A stretch of 62,248 bases of DNA, counting the filler, from Choristocarpus tenellus KU-1152 (Eukaryota; Protista; Phaeophyceae): NCBI GenBank assembly GCA_964200185.2. It is 12 parts of 12 records of this genome, joined end to end, with 100 filler letters (N's around TTAATTAATTAA, not from the genome) between each part and the next. Parts side by side here need not be neighbours in the genome. Positions count along the whole stretch, not along the records: positions 1 to 5,271 come from CAXNAD020011297.1; positions 5,372 to 9,597 come from CAXNAD020015593.1; positions 9,698 to 12,537 come from CAXNAD020024289.1; 9 more parts are not named here. One strand, written 5' to 3'. Below the pieces are notes generated by a model. The model had not been told where the DNA came from. It saw nothing but the letters and a program-made list of their open reading frames with translations, and did no database searches. Position numbers and translations under genes: made by a program. Below are positions 1-12,118 of this stretch, in pieces (within the stretch, counting starts at the first letter, position 1; the number at the start of each line of letters is the position of its first letter).

Positions 1-92
1 GTCGGATTTGAAATGTCAGCAAGAAAAAGAGTTGTTTGACCGAAACGGAGGCCCCCTCACAAACCACCTCCCCCCCCCAGATACTTTGACCC
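1..92. mobile_element. End of a MITE-B-type element (C-run + AGATACTTTGACCC terminus), truncated by the window start
   Basis: Ends CCCCCCCCAGATACTTTGACCC. The internal part (TTGACCGAAACGGAGGCC) resembles the reverse complement of the element end at 36725-36780. Confidence 0.7.
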
Positions 93-99
93 TTCTTAT

Positions 100-603
100 T
101 GTACGATAACTACCCGGACAATGTTCTCATGGTCACTCAACAGAGAGATTCCTATCAATTATTGCGTTATCCAACAATTTTCCCACAGTTCTCCAATAAC
201 TCTCAATTTATCAAAAAATTGATTGCTTCCTACAGAATCTTCTTTTACACACGAAAAAAACATAATCTTGACACACTCCCCTGCTTTGAACTTCAAGTGA
301 AAACTAATACCTCAGTCACTCTTGGGCATATCTTCAGGACAACAATCAGTCCCACTTCATTCTAAGCATGATATCACTGGACTGCCTATTAGATGATTCC
401 TTAGACACACCCTTTGCAAAAAGATCAACATGTTGGAACTCCGTAGGCAAACATCCAATTGCTATCTTCCCTTCTCTCTCCAACTGACGTACATAGTGAT
501 ACTGTATATCAGTGTGTTTTGTTCTACCTCCAGATACTGCCTTCTGCGCAATCTTAACTGCACCATCATTATCCTCACACACTGATACAGAGTAATCCCA
601 CAA
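100..603 (-). mobile_element. Ty1/Copia LTR retrotransposon 3' remnant: RNase H C-terminus, PPT and putative 3' LTR
   Basis: 346-603 encodes CEDNDGAVKIA...GRTKHTDIQYHYVR...IGCLPTEFQHVDLFAKG, the Copia RNase H signature (DN..A..ia.N....rtKHid.ryH.vR...t..q.aD..TK). On the - strand it is followed by a purine tract AAAGCAGGGGAGTG (274-287) and a TG...CA segment 273->100 (174 bp). Confidence 0.8.
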
Positions 604-1289
604 TGAAAGATGGGTATATATGAAAGGTTACGCTGTACTCCAGTATGTGCATATAGATTCTACTCTTTCAATCTTCTCTGGACTCTCTTGGTTCGAGTTC
701 ATGACAAATTCGTACAGTGAGATGTCAGGAGTATATGCGTGGATTTCTTTTCAACATATTTACAATTTGCACATTTGACACCTGACGAACGAGGATCAAA
801 ATACAACGCCTAGTGACCCAAAAGTAAACGAGAGGTACCTAGGTTTTGGGCATTGTGCATTTAAAGTCAGTTTTTCAATCTTTGGCAAGTCACCCATATG
901 ACTTGCTACGTTCGACTTGAGACTGTTGATTTCTCTATCGTTTGAAACGTTTTTGTCAGAATTCGGAAACGTTCCTATAAGCACTTGAAAAAACGTTGAG
1001 TCTTGAGGACATTATTTGTCAGTATTCTCAAAATAGAACTTTGGGTACCTCTCATTTAACCTGACTCAGTGTCAAAATACATCTTGAAGTCACAAATCAC
1101 CTCACCCACCCAAGTACCAAACACATGAAAATGTATTTGTACTCAATTTTGGAATTTAATGATCTCTAAAATTGCAATACAGACAATGATATAGAATTAT
1201 CAGTATACGTGTTAGATTTAGCACTTACTATTGTAGTAGTATAGGGTACAAGATTTCAAGTAGAATGGTAAACAAGGAGGCATGGCCAG

Positions 1290-1490
1290 CCGAGTCCATG
1301 GCCATCACTACCCATAATGACTGGGGCCACCAGGTGGCAATGTACAAGTAAGTTGGAGTATGACCAGGTCCATGGCTGTCATTTCTTTCACATGACTAGG
1401 ACCGCTGGCCGGCCATGTAATGTACAATGAAGAATCAAGTTCGGACATAACCAAGTCCATGACCACCAACTGTTTCAACATGTATGGAAC
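1290..1490. repeat. Degenerate tandem repeat, about 2.5 units of ~75-90 bp
   Basis: Recurring blocks GTCCATG(G/A)C...ATGACT(G/A)GG...AATGTACAA...AAGTT at ~1293, ~1368 and ~1455. Confidence 0.5.
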
Positions 1491-3299
1491 ATGGGAAGAC
1501 CTGCAGCCATGTGGCCGACAGTGGACGTGCGAATTACTCGGCCTGGTGAAAAGCCCTGAAAAAGAGCTGAATGCCAAAAAAAACAAAAACAATGATCTTT
1601 CCAAAAAAACCACGTTCAGGGGTGTAAAGGCCTGTTCTAGTTCTTCAAACCCTCCTCATCTACTAGTACCATTGTTTATTCTATATTACAGATCTCAAAG
1701 AGTTCAGAAACAGTTTTTAGAATGATTTTGTGAAACAGATGGAAACAAGCCGATAGGTTCTTTGTTCTGAAGGGGAGCTGGAAGACCCACAGGAGGCAAG
1801 GAACAGGAGAGAGACAAGACAGGACGGAGAGCAATCCCTCGAAGATCACTCAGGAAAGAGTGAACAAGTGGAAAGTGAATAAGGGGTTTTTGCAAGGTCC
1901 CCTCAAACCACCCGCTATTAAATTCAAGCAGATGATACTTTCATGTGCAAAAACAAATGCCATATGAATATCAGATTCTTCGAGATAGGTTACCTTCAAG
2001 TTATACCTTCTTTGGAAGATGGTTCTCACACTTGGTCACGTTTCTAATATTGAATATTTTTCAACCCTTCACACTTACCAACAATGGAGATATTGGACAA
2101 ATACACCACCAGTGTTGGAGGTGAAGGCATTCTAATTTATCTAGGAGGGGCAGGATGCATGACCAGTCAGGACTTTACACTTTGTGGGTATTGATGTGTG
2201 GGTGTCATGTTAGACCTAATGAGGAATTTTGGTAATGTGTTTGTTCACTATGTCCAAGGTGAACTCTTGAGCGGGTGAAAGTGTCCAAGTGTTGGTCGAA
2301 ATATTTAGAAATTCTGAATAAAATCATTGATAGCCATAACAAAAATAATTCAGCAGACGAAGAGAGTTTAAGAACTGAAATAGTATTATCGTCCCTGAAC
2401 GTCATCCTTTCGGAAAGGAGATGTTTGAGTTGATATTGATTGCATTGAGATTTTTATGGAATATTAATGTAATACTTTGTTGATGTTTGATATCCAGAAG
2501 ATATCATGTATAACCCGCAAGAGTTCATTGTTCGAGTGCTTGAACTGAACTTGAGTCAAGAATATACATGTCTGGTCAGTTCCAGTCTGTCCCTCCTCCC
2601 CCTCCCTTTGGGGCTAAAATCCCTTTTGACTCACTAGTCACAATGACAACGAAATAGTGCTCTTTATTGGCCTCAAATGCTAACAGAGCGCATTTATGCG
2701 CACGACACGGCACTAGGCTATACCTGATCCGAAGAAGGTTCTCATCAGTATCAAACCATGCTCTGCATGAGAAAAAATCCAATTGTGTTCCCTCGCACAA
2801 AACAGAATGGACACAAAAGACTAATTTCTAGGCAATATCACTTTGAATTTGAATGAGCGACTCTGCATTAATCCTACATATAGTCAGAGACAAATGAAAA
2901 ACGTGACAGGATCAAAATACATCTTCAAACAAAAAGCAGAGATACTTAATCAAGTACTGTGTAATGAATACGTAGATTTCTACCAGGGAGTTCCTTCACC
3001 GCATATCTTTCCCAATCCATTCAGGTCTACATTGTGGATCCCAGTCCGTATATGACAGCAGAATGCAGAATCAGCACAGCCCCACCCCCTTTCTTTCACT
3101 CTGGACAACACTGAGAGGAATGCTACGAACTGGCTACACCGCAATATGCTCCTCAAAGCAGCGTAAGAATTACATTAACGAATCGTCTTTATCAATATAA
3201 ATGTTTACCCTGCTTCTCCTGCATCGCTTTGAACACCTAACCCTTCCAAGTTCTTCGGAGTACTCACTACGCTCAAACAATATCGATTTATCCATTTCT

Positions 3300-3472
3300 G
3301 AACCAAAGTATGTGTGGGGGGGGTCTACACTAGGGTGTCCATTTGGGTCAAAATCAGGAAAAGTACATTTGCAGTAACCATCCGACGTATGCAACCAAAT
3401 CACCCAAAAATCGTGACATGAAAAATTGACCCTAAATGGACAGCCGCCACCCCCTCTCTGATACTTTGAGTC
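3300..3472. mobile_element. MITE-B, complete copy (~173 bp), 3-bp TSD TCT
   Basis: Starts GAACCAAAGTATGTGTGGGGG and ends CCCCTCTCTGATACTTTGAGTC, with flanks tct|...|tct. The interior matches 35690-35868 and, in reverse, 58821-58988. Confidence 0.8.
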
Positions 3473-4270
3473 TCTCCCATTTTGTTTTCTACCTAGGTAT
3501 ATATATGTTTTTGAAAACTGAACGAAATATTTTTTTCAGGTGCTATACACCCTACCTGTGTTTTCAAAAATAACATTCAACCTAAAATAAAAGAGAACGT
3601 AAAGCAAATAACCAGGTAGTAACAAAACAAGTAAGCTGGCCCAGAACAAGGTGAAATTTAAAGATGCCCCCTAGGTATCGACATAAAGAAATCTACCAAA
3701 AAATAGCATGAAGAGAAAAACATTTCCATAATAGACAATTGTACATGCTATAGAAAGTCACCATAAACCTCTTACATAAGAGAGTCTGGAACATGGGCCA
3801 CAATCTTGAAATTCCAATTCCTCTACATGGGAAGGATTGCTTTAAAATCCTATACATTAATTTGAAGAGCAAAAGGAGGAATATGCACCTCCCAACTTGC
3901 TCTCATTGAGCAACGAACAGCTCTGAGGGTGAGGGGGCTAAAAGGTCTCAAGAATACCGACTTGTGCACTCAGACCGCACACCTTGAAATGCCATAAACA
4001 AACCATTACTGCTTATGCCCAAGCACTCCTTTCCAGAAAGCGTGGGGGAGCAAAGGGTTGGACGCAGGAGAATAAAATTGGAAGGATTCTTACCCCCATC
4101 GTTTATGTAAGTATTTGTAAATCACAGAACACATAAATTCAAAACAAGTCCTTTCCATAACTTGAACAACTAATGAAGTGACAACGAAAACAAACACATG
4201 GCACCACACAAGACCAAGAGGCAGGGGGCAATAGAGTTTCAACATATGCAGGTTCGACTCACAAATGAAA

Positions 4271-5119
4271 TTACTCAGAGCATTTACAATCCCTGTGCTC
4301 CCAAAGAAACTGGGCGAGCGCCCCATACAAGGCCTCCTGATCAATCTCTTCATCCAAATGACTCCTTCCTGTATCAAACACATTAGCCAAATCTGTACTT
4401 GGCATTTTCGCGGGCAGGGACAAACTTTGCTGTTGGGGGCTTTGCCTAGGGAGACTTCTCCTGTCAACAGGCAATGATGGTTGAATGTGGCTAAAGAACT
4501 GGTCCAGCACAGTGGCTTGTCTCCTTGGTACCAACTCGTCAACAGTTCCTACTCCAGTTCTCCTATTTTCCTCCTTAACCCTTACCTCCCTCTGCGCCCC
4601 ACCTCCCCCACCACCTCCCCGCTGCTTCTGTCTTCTACCTTCTTCTCTTTCTGTCCTTCGCTCATTGTACCGCTGCTGTTGACATTCCTACAACTATAGT
4701 AGAGTAGTTGAAAAAGGATGAGAGAGAGAGCTGAGAGGATGAGAAACAGACCAGAGCTTAGGGCTATTCAATTAGCATCTCTACATGCAGGACTCATATC
4801 ACTTCATCGAAAAAATCTTTGCTAAGACATGAAAAGAAAAAGCACAGCTTTAATGTAGATCTTAAAATATCTTACTCAATTTGGGGACACAAACATTCCT
4901 TAACAACTGAAAAAAGACCTAATACACTATACCCAGAATACACTCGTACCTCCTTTGGGCCCAACCACTCTCCCACCACGAGGTCTTGACTTTACTGGAA
5001 CTGGAGGAGGAACGGGGATTGGATAATGAGGGAATTGAGCCCCGATTCTCCGGTGAGACACAGGAGCTTGTGACTGGTGCTGTCCTGGTAGTTCTCTTAT
5101 GGGACCATTTGGAAGCAGA
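4271..5119 (-). CDS. 3' part of a multi-exon gene of unknown function (5' part lies beyond the contig end)
   Basis: Phase-consistent exons 5119-4950, 4821-4803 (19 nt) and terminal 4687-4271 with GT/AG sites. Translation: SASKWSHKR...WAQRSKDFFDEECQQQRYNERR...EALYGALAQFLWEHRDCKCSE*. Low complexity, no recognised domain. Confidence 0.45.
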
Positions 5120-5271
5120 CTGATGGTCAGAGCACAGCAGCACAAACACAAAAAGGGGAGGAGGGTGGGGGGTGGTAGGTTCAAATTTGTGTTTCTTAAG
5201 AAAAAAAGGTCTGGAGGGTAAAAACAAACGGCTAGATGAGTGGTTATAAGCCGAATGGTTTCTAGCTATTC

Positions 5272-5371
5272 NNNNNNNNNNNNNNNNNNNNNNNNNNNNN
5301 NNNNNNNNNNNNNNNTTAATTAATTAANNNNNNNNNNNNNNNNNNNNNNNNNNNNNNNNNNNNNNNNNNNN
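5272..5371. other. Artificial contig spacer N44-TTAATTAATTAA-N44
   Basis: Identical 100-bp spacers with six-frame stop codons at 5272, 9598, 12538, 26969, 34160, 37790, 40509, 44504, 47572, 50339 and 58650. Confidence 0.98.
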
Positions 5372-5411
5372 CTGGTATAGACCCTCCCCCCCTCCCAGAT
5401 ACTTTAGGTCT
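5372..5411. mobile_element. MITE-B terminus at contig start
   Basis: CCCTCCCCCCCTCCCAGATACTTTAGGTC. Confidence 0.6.
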
Positions 5412-6487
5412 CTAAAAAAAAAATGACCCGGGGCCAGTGCAATCCACCTTGACCAAGAGCTGTTCCGGTTAATACAGCATCTTATCCAGGGATCCGAAAA
5501 GGTTGAACAGGAATAGGTTGTATACTGGTCCTGGGATAAAATGTTTTGACAGGACCGGTCCAGGGTTGTGAGAGGTTAGGATTCGAATCCATGAAGATCA
5601 TGGACGGAAGAGCCTTCATCAGTGACTGAGCCACGAGGACACAGTTGAACCAGATACAAAGAAATCAGAAATCGTTTCAAGAATATCTTCATGGCCGAGT
5701 TATGTAGGACCCATAGCATGTTCAATCAACTGAAAACAAAGACTGTCGTTTCAGCACCCAGGAAGATATAGAACAATATTATTTCTTCTGTTCTTATTAT
5801 TATTGCGGTTGAGACGAAAATATTCTTTTGTTCCGCCCCCCGCCTCCCCCCCCACACACACAATTCAAATTCAACTCCATTTTACGGATCACAATAGTCT
5901 GATCAGCAAGAGTTGAGTCGGAACAACATTATGAAAGAAAAAGAAAATAGAGTAGGAGCGGGGTGGTAGACATTATTACAGTTACATCATCTCAAAGTAC
6001 TCGCTTGGTTGACCGTTTCTAACGTCTACACCTGGAAACCCGGACTAGTATGGTTCATTTTGTGCAATATAGGCTAGGTAGTCTATAGGGTGTTATGTGT
6101 TTAGTGAAGAGTTCTATGCAACAGAAGAATTGACTGAGTGAAATAATTGTCAACAACTTGCCTTGGTGTGCCTAGAGTAACAGGTTCGAGTTTCGATGCA
6201 CGGATTTCTTATTTCTGTTTAATATCAGTAACTGACGTACGATGACTGACGTATTGGAACGTTTGACGAATGTGCCGCTGACACAGACACTTTTGGACGT
6301 GTTTGCTGACGTGCGCAATAGATAATGATATAAGGGAGAGCACCCCCCACCGAGGGCAGTGCTCACTCCTCTAATAAATACATCCATACCACATAAAGCA
6401 AAGACTCTATTGGAATAGCTCTCTTTTGCATACGTTCCTGCTCACAAAAAGGTTGTCCTCGCCATTTATCCTCCCCTTCTGCTCCAG

Positions 6488-6805
6488 CTACGGAGGGCCG
6501 TAAGGGGAAAGGGTATGCCTCTCCTCGGACAATCGACCCGTGTACCCTTAGAGAGCGAGGAGGAAGAGATATTTCGATGGAACATGGCAAGGCACACCAT
6601 GCAGCAGGAGATGAACAAGAAAAGGCTCGGCGAAGCAGGAAGAATGGGAAGTGGAGGGGGGGGAGACCGGGGAGCTGGTTGTTCTGTGGGATGGGATAAC
6701 AAAAGAGGGCATAATGCAAGCCGAGGCGGAAGCATGGTCCGTGGAGTCTTGAAACTTCCTGCAGTTGCTTTTCCAACATTGAGATCGTTACTTAGCAAAA
6801 AGTAG
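6488..6805 (+). CDS. Probable terminal exon of an unknown gene
   Basis: Strong acceptor (ttatcctccccttctgctccag) in phase 0 with an open frame LRRAVRGKGMPLLGQSTRVPLESEEEEIFRWNMARHTMQQEM...LSKK*. Confidence 0.45.
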   Translation, partial: LRRAVRGKGMPLLGQSTRVPLESEEEEIFRWNMARHTMQQEMNKKRLGEAGRMGSGGGGDRGAGCSVGWDNKRGHNASRGGSMVRGVLKLPAVAFPTLRSLLSKK

Positions 6806-7014
6806 CATCTTGTAGCAGCCGTGCAGATATCGAAATGAACCTCAGAGTTCGTACTTCGCTGTACCTTGGTTCTTGGACCTGTACTTCGCTGTACCGCTGC
6901 GCTTTACTTGTACCTTCATGGTGCATATTTTAAATGTACCTTTGAGATGTCTATTTTCTCGCGTGTGTACTACGCAGTATTGCATGCCGCTAGCTCCGCG
7001 GTTCTTGAACGGTA

Positions 7015-7130
7015 CAATGAAAACCCTCTTTGGACAATCAAAGAACCCTCTTTGAACAACCAAAGAACCCTCTTTGGACAATCAAAGAACCCTCTTTGGA
7101 CAATCAAAGAACCCTCTTTGGACAATCGAA
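7015..7130. repeat. 22-bp minisatellite (CAATCAAAGAACCCTCTTTGGA) x ~5
   Basis: Units at 7015 (partial), 7035, 7057, 7079 and 7101. Confidence 0.95.
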
Positions 7131-7720
7131 GGAGACTCTTTGCTTCAGTCAGTGAATGTCAGGAGGATAGCTCTTTCCAACGGCCCAATTTGAGTGCAAG
7201 CTTGTGTATGGTCAGATGGGGGCAAGGTAAAGGGAACTGAATGAATGAATTGAAAATTAAAAAGAAAAATGACCATTTTTTTGTAAGCTACGGGGGATGC
7301 TCCAGGGCAAAATTCTACAAAAAAAAAAGTTTTGTGATACACTGACTTTTCCGTTAGTGTTAACAATGTGAGTCTTCTACCATGTCATGTGTACGTCCTT
7401 TGGCACAGGCAATAGCACACAAGCTCACCACATAGTAGCTACAAGAAAGGTAATGAGGAGACCCCCCACAACTATCCATAAATGCACTACTACTGGAGCT
7501 CACAACAACGTGCAGTTAGGCACGGACTGAATAAAAAAACGAAAAAAGTAGTTGCTCTATGTTCAACCAACTCTTGGATCATGGCTCTCTTATTGGTTCC
7601 ATGAAAATTGGACTATCGTTGTATGTAGAGCTCTAATGAGATAGAACCAAGAATAGCAACTGGTGGTACCCCTACCACCCCTTATGGCGATCAAGCACCA
7701 TGCAAAAAACACAAACATAC

Positions 7721-7724
<4 letters not shown>

Positions 7725-7754
<30 letters not shown>
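7725..7754. repeat. (TA)n microsatellite
   Basis: Direct reading. Confidence 0.9.
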
Positions 7755-7756
<2 letters not shown>

Positions 7757-8980
7757 AGACTATCTATTCCCAACAAGCACATCCCCTCTCAAGCTACACC
7801 TATCCCATCAAAATTGTCCTTTGAAAGTGAGGGAGTGCTATTACGAAGCAGGCTTTTTGGAAGGGGTGGTAGGGGCATCCTTGCCCATTTCAACCGTTTC
7901 AACCAGCCCAGGGTGTATATGTGTATATATATAGATAGATTTAAATCAAGAAAAAAAAATGATCACAAACTCCAGGAACTTCTGAAAACATGCTCAAGTC
8001 TGCTCAAATGATATCGCTGAGGACAGTCGATAAAAAATCTTTGCTCAAGGGGTTTGTGGGGAATTCACAGTCCTCCGACAAAGTGCATGACAGTAGGGGT
8101 ACATACTGCAATTAAAAAAAAAAAGTCCTGTGGGGATCATGCAAAACCGCCTAGCTATCTACCAACCCACTCTCAGAATGCACCCCTCCAGCCCTAGAGT
8201 CGCTTGTTGATCTCATGTATCTCCTTGTTGATCTTGTTTCTGATCTCACTGAGATCAAGGCCAGACTTGCGCTCCTCTCCACTCAGACGCTTCAGTTGCT
8301 TCTCCAACAGCTTTTCAAATATAAGTTATTTTTTAATAAAGACAGTGTAAAAAACAAACAAACAAAAAAACAGGTTAAATTCCAACGCCATTGTGAGGGG
8401 CGTGTTTTGCACAAGCCAACGAGAGGAGGGAGAGGGGCTCTGATTCGCAGGCGATAAAAACAAGAGCCCCCAGGCTGTCAAGAGACCGCCACCAACCTGA
8501 ATTCAAAACAATAGTTTTAGGGCCATTCCAAAATAGTCTTATTATTATTATTATTATGATTATGACAGGGGCAGAACAACGCCCGTGGAGGAACTGCTCC
8601 ACCAGGAAAAAAAAAACTGATGGGCTCCTTGAAAACAATTTGGAAGGCGTACTATTTTTCGGAAGCCCGTTCATGTTGACTGCGTGTCAGAAGACAACAT
8701 CACAGACGCACGAGGAACGAGAACGCCTTGGACCAGCACTCTGGAACCCATGGCAGACACTCGCTAGGACCCTGAGTTCAGCCGTACCGTGGTTCTACTA
8801 CAGTTCTATTCCAAAGAGTCTTCAGTACCTACTACATTGATGTGCTTCACCATGATGGCGTGCACAATGATAATTTAACCGACTGAGCATGACTGCCGAC
8901 ATAAGTAAAATGATCTTGATCATACGCCTAGGCCCTAACCCTAGGAGTATTACGTAACTGTCAGAATCGCTAGAATCGTA

Positions 8981-9263
8981 GAGCGAAAGCATCTTAGAGG
9001 GCAGGAGTAGTGCCCTGCTTGACCCATTTGGGGCTTGGCTTCCCTCGTTTTTTTTTATTTTTTATGTTTTCCTACTCTAAAATGTTTCGGAGTAGGTAAT
9101 TTCGGAGTACGTTTCATGTGTACATCTGGAACAAGGGCATTGACAACTTCCTAACAAACACGATAGCAATAATAAACAAAATTACATCGAAATCGCAACA
9201 TTGGATTTTGACCCCCAAACGGACACGTGGCTCTCTACCCCTAACCCTAAGATACTTTGACTC
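8981..9263 (-). mobile_element. MITE-A copy (diverged, no clean TSD)
   Basis: GAGCGAAAGCATCTTAGAGGG...CCCTAAGATACTTTGACTC, with an interior matching the other MITE-A copies. Confidence 0.85.
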
Positions 9264-9828
9264 CTTATTGGTTGGGGTAGGACAAAGAGCATGCATGGCT
9301 AACACCGAAGAGCTCACTTCAGCATCGAAATAAATTTCCAAGAAGAGTTCTATATCTTCTGAAGGCGATGGGTGGGGTGGTGGGAGTGCATCACGAAAGT
9401 TCGTCCGATGCTCTCATCGCACTCAAGACGCACTCAAGACACACTCAAGACAAGCGACGATCTAGACCTGTGTCGGCAGCGGCAGCAGCAGTAGTAGGTA
9501 GCGATGTCTGAATCCACTTTCAACCAAAACGTAGAACAAAAAAAAAAAAAAAAAAAAACAAAAATATGAATCATATGTTACAAAAAAAAATAGCAAANNN
9601 NNNNNNNNNNNNNNNNNNNNNNNNNNNNNNNNNNNNNNNNNTTAATTAATTAANNNNNNNNNNNNNNNNNNNNNNNNNNNNNNNNNNNNNNNNNNNNTCC
9701 CCCCACCCAAATGTCATCCCCCCTCCCGGGGGCATTTGTTTGTCTTCAGCGTACCCGCTCCACCCCTTCCATTACTCTTGATGGGGTGTGCTTGGAGGCA
9801 AATAAACCTTGGTGCTATTCTGTTGCAG

Positions 9829-12118
9829 GTACAGAGCTCATGACTCCAGGAGTCACTTCAGCTTCAAGGGGGTACAGTGGGGAGGATGCTGGGGTGTACG
9901 GCCCCCTTCAGTTCGTGTTCGAGCGCATTCCAATGCGTCTGGGAGACTTGGAGGAGCTTGCCTATGAAGGGCTTCATGACGAGGTCATCACATGACTTTC
10001 TATCCCCATAGTTGCCCCAGCCCAGCTGGGATGGTGTACTGAAATTGAGAGTCCAGTAGCAGCTTGGGGGGGTTATCCTCTGGGGTTAATGCTAGGAGAA
10101 AGATTTAATTTTTTCCTTGTTGGTGGACTGCAGAGTGTGAAGTTTACAAAATGTATCGTTTGTTGTGTGAATGGATTGGGTGCTCGTCAAGTACTTGAAA
10201 TGGAATTAGGGGTGGAGATATGAATATTGCTGTGACCTTGACACCCTACAACAGGTGTGTGTGACTTTCCCATGTTGAGAATTGAGGCGGAGGCAACAGA
10301 AGAGCCACCGTCACGGTGATATAGACGTCCGTAAGACAGATCATAACAATTTTCTCACCCCTGAGCCCCTCACATATTCCTGTTTATGGCCCATGAATTT
10401 TTCCATCCTGTTGCCTTGACATGACTAACTGGAGAGCACTTTGAGCCATTTGTACAGTCTGTGCCTTTACTCTAAGAGTCTGTGTCATATCTTATCATAT
10501 CACATCATATCATATCCTATCATATCATATCATATCGTAACGTTTCTGCTTTCACTGTATTTTGGTGCTGTAGTTCTCTGCCTGCCCTTTTCTCAAACAA
10601 TCTTCTTTCAATTTCTACCCAAACTATTTTCTGCTTCAAAACTCCAGTACACCTCACAAACATCGCCCATTGAGGATGGCTTAGAATGCTCTTGTGACAC
10701 TGCCGTACATATACCCTTCGTTTCCCAATCACCTTCCTCCCCCCCCCCTCACCCTCCCGGATGCAATCACCTTGCCCCTTCTCCAGGCCGAAGCAGTGGC
10801 AGAAGAGTGCTGCCAGGCAATGGCCGTCATTGGATCACACATCCAAACGATGATCAAATTGAAGAAAGGTGGTAATGATAACGGACACACTGGCGATAAT
10901 GATTATATTCTCAGCACAAAACTACAGCAACAAATACTCATCCTCCAAACCCAAGTACACAGCCTTGCAGCAGCCACTACCCCAGGCGAGTATGGTGAGA
11001 GAGGTATGGCAGGTCATGGGGCAGGCACAGGGCCAGTGTCAGGGGCAGGGGGATTGGGAGTGGGAAGAATCGCTGGCTCCAGCAACAAAGCTGGAGTCAA
11101 TGGGGGCAGCGGGCAGGCTGGACTATCACTTGTCCGTGCCTGGGAATTGTGGGAGCAGGGGAGGGGCGAGGATGGGGCAAGGGGTCCGACAGCGGCGCTT
11201 GAAGCCTGTACCTCACTTCATTGTCATCTATTGGAGTGGCTAGTTGCACTGGGGGTGGAGGGGGGGTGTGGCATGAGTGATTGGGGAAAGCGTTTTGTGG
11301 CATCAGGGGGGAGGTTGCCACGGATTGCCTTGGGTAGCATTGGGTCGGTTGATGGGAACAGGGTGGGGGAGAGGGGAGGCAGTAAAGGTGAGAAATGAAT
11401 GATCAAGGTTATGCCGATGGTCCTCCTAGCAAGACCCCAAATGCCCTTGTTTTCCATGTGGTGTTTATTGTGTTGTCAGGAAAGATGTATACGTAACAGC
11501 GCTGTCTGCTTGTTTTGGATCTGTTGCTGTACCCTGTTATAATGCAGACAACACTACATAATACTAGCAATTGACAGGGGTTTTTACAGCAGGGAATTGT
11601 ATATTCGTGTATGCATGCGCCTGTATGCATGCTAGCTCTATTTATTGTCATCTTGTTGCCTTTTCCGTCTGTGGGTCATGATCATGAAGACCTTACTTTC
11701 CATACTTTATTTTTGTATAGGTTGTGTTGATGTGGTAGGTACAACCAACTGACAACTGACAGCTGGGGCTAATCTGTATCTCATTACCAACAAAGTTATT
11801 TTATTTGTTGCAACAGTTTTACTCCTCCCTGCGTGCACCCACACACCTCCTCACCCCTGCCCTCCTTCAATACCACCTTCCATGATTGTGCAGATCTGCT
11901 CGGCTACGCACGCCTCCTCATGCTAGACCTCCTTGTTCTCTACGAATGTCAACCGTTCTCCAAGGCAGTCTGGGTCAAGGACAACACCCTCAAGCCTGGA
12001 GGCCGGAGGTCACACAGGGGCAGCACAGGGGCTGATGTTCGCGAAGCTTTGGTAGTGCGATCTCCACTTGCTGAGCTCTGGGCTGCCACCATTGATGCCC
12101 TGGATGGAATTGGACAAG
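9829..12118 (+). CDS. Internal exons of a large gene, candidate MMS22-like (MMS22L) DNA-repair protein
   Basis: Phase-consistent exons 9829-9983, 10787-11387 and 11894-12118. The motif order SLHCHLLEWLVALG...YARLLMLDLLVL...LAELWAATIDALD parallels my recollection of the MMS22L N-terminal domain (IHWLVLEIL...LLCDLI...KELWVLLIHLLD). The family call is by eye only. Confidence 0.6.
10486..10536. repeat. (ATATC)n pentanucleotide microsatellite, intronic
   Basis: catatcttatcatatcacatcatatcatatcctatcatatcatatcatatc. Confidence 0.85.

Noticed and set aside
5316-5327. TTAATTAATTAA palindrome recurring 11 times
   Set aside because: Always embedded in N44 runs. It is an assembly linker with six-frame stops, not biology.
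5575-5640. tRNA-like A/B boxes on the - strand (TGGCTCAGTC...GGATTCGAATCC); similar GGTTCGAACCC at ~46809
   Set aside because: No cloverleaf can be folded. At most these are decayed SINE heads, and no second matching copy was seen.
7015-7130. 22-bp repeat array as a possible CRISPR
   Set aside because: The units are directly tandem with no spacers, there are no cas genes, and the context is eukaryotic.
8931-8944. CCCTAACCCTA telomere-like motif
   Set aside because: Only about two units and interstitial. Not a telomere.
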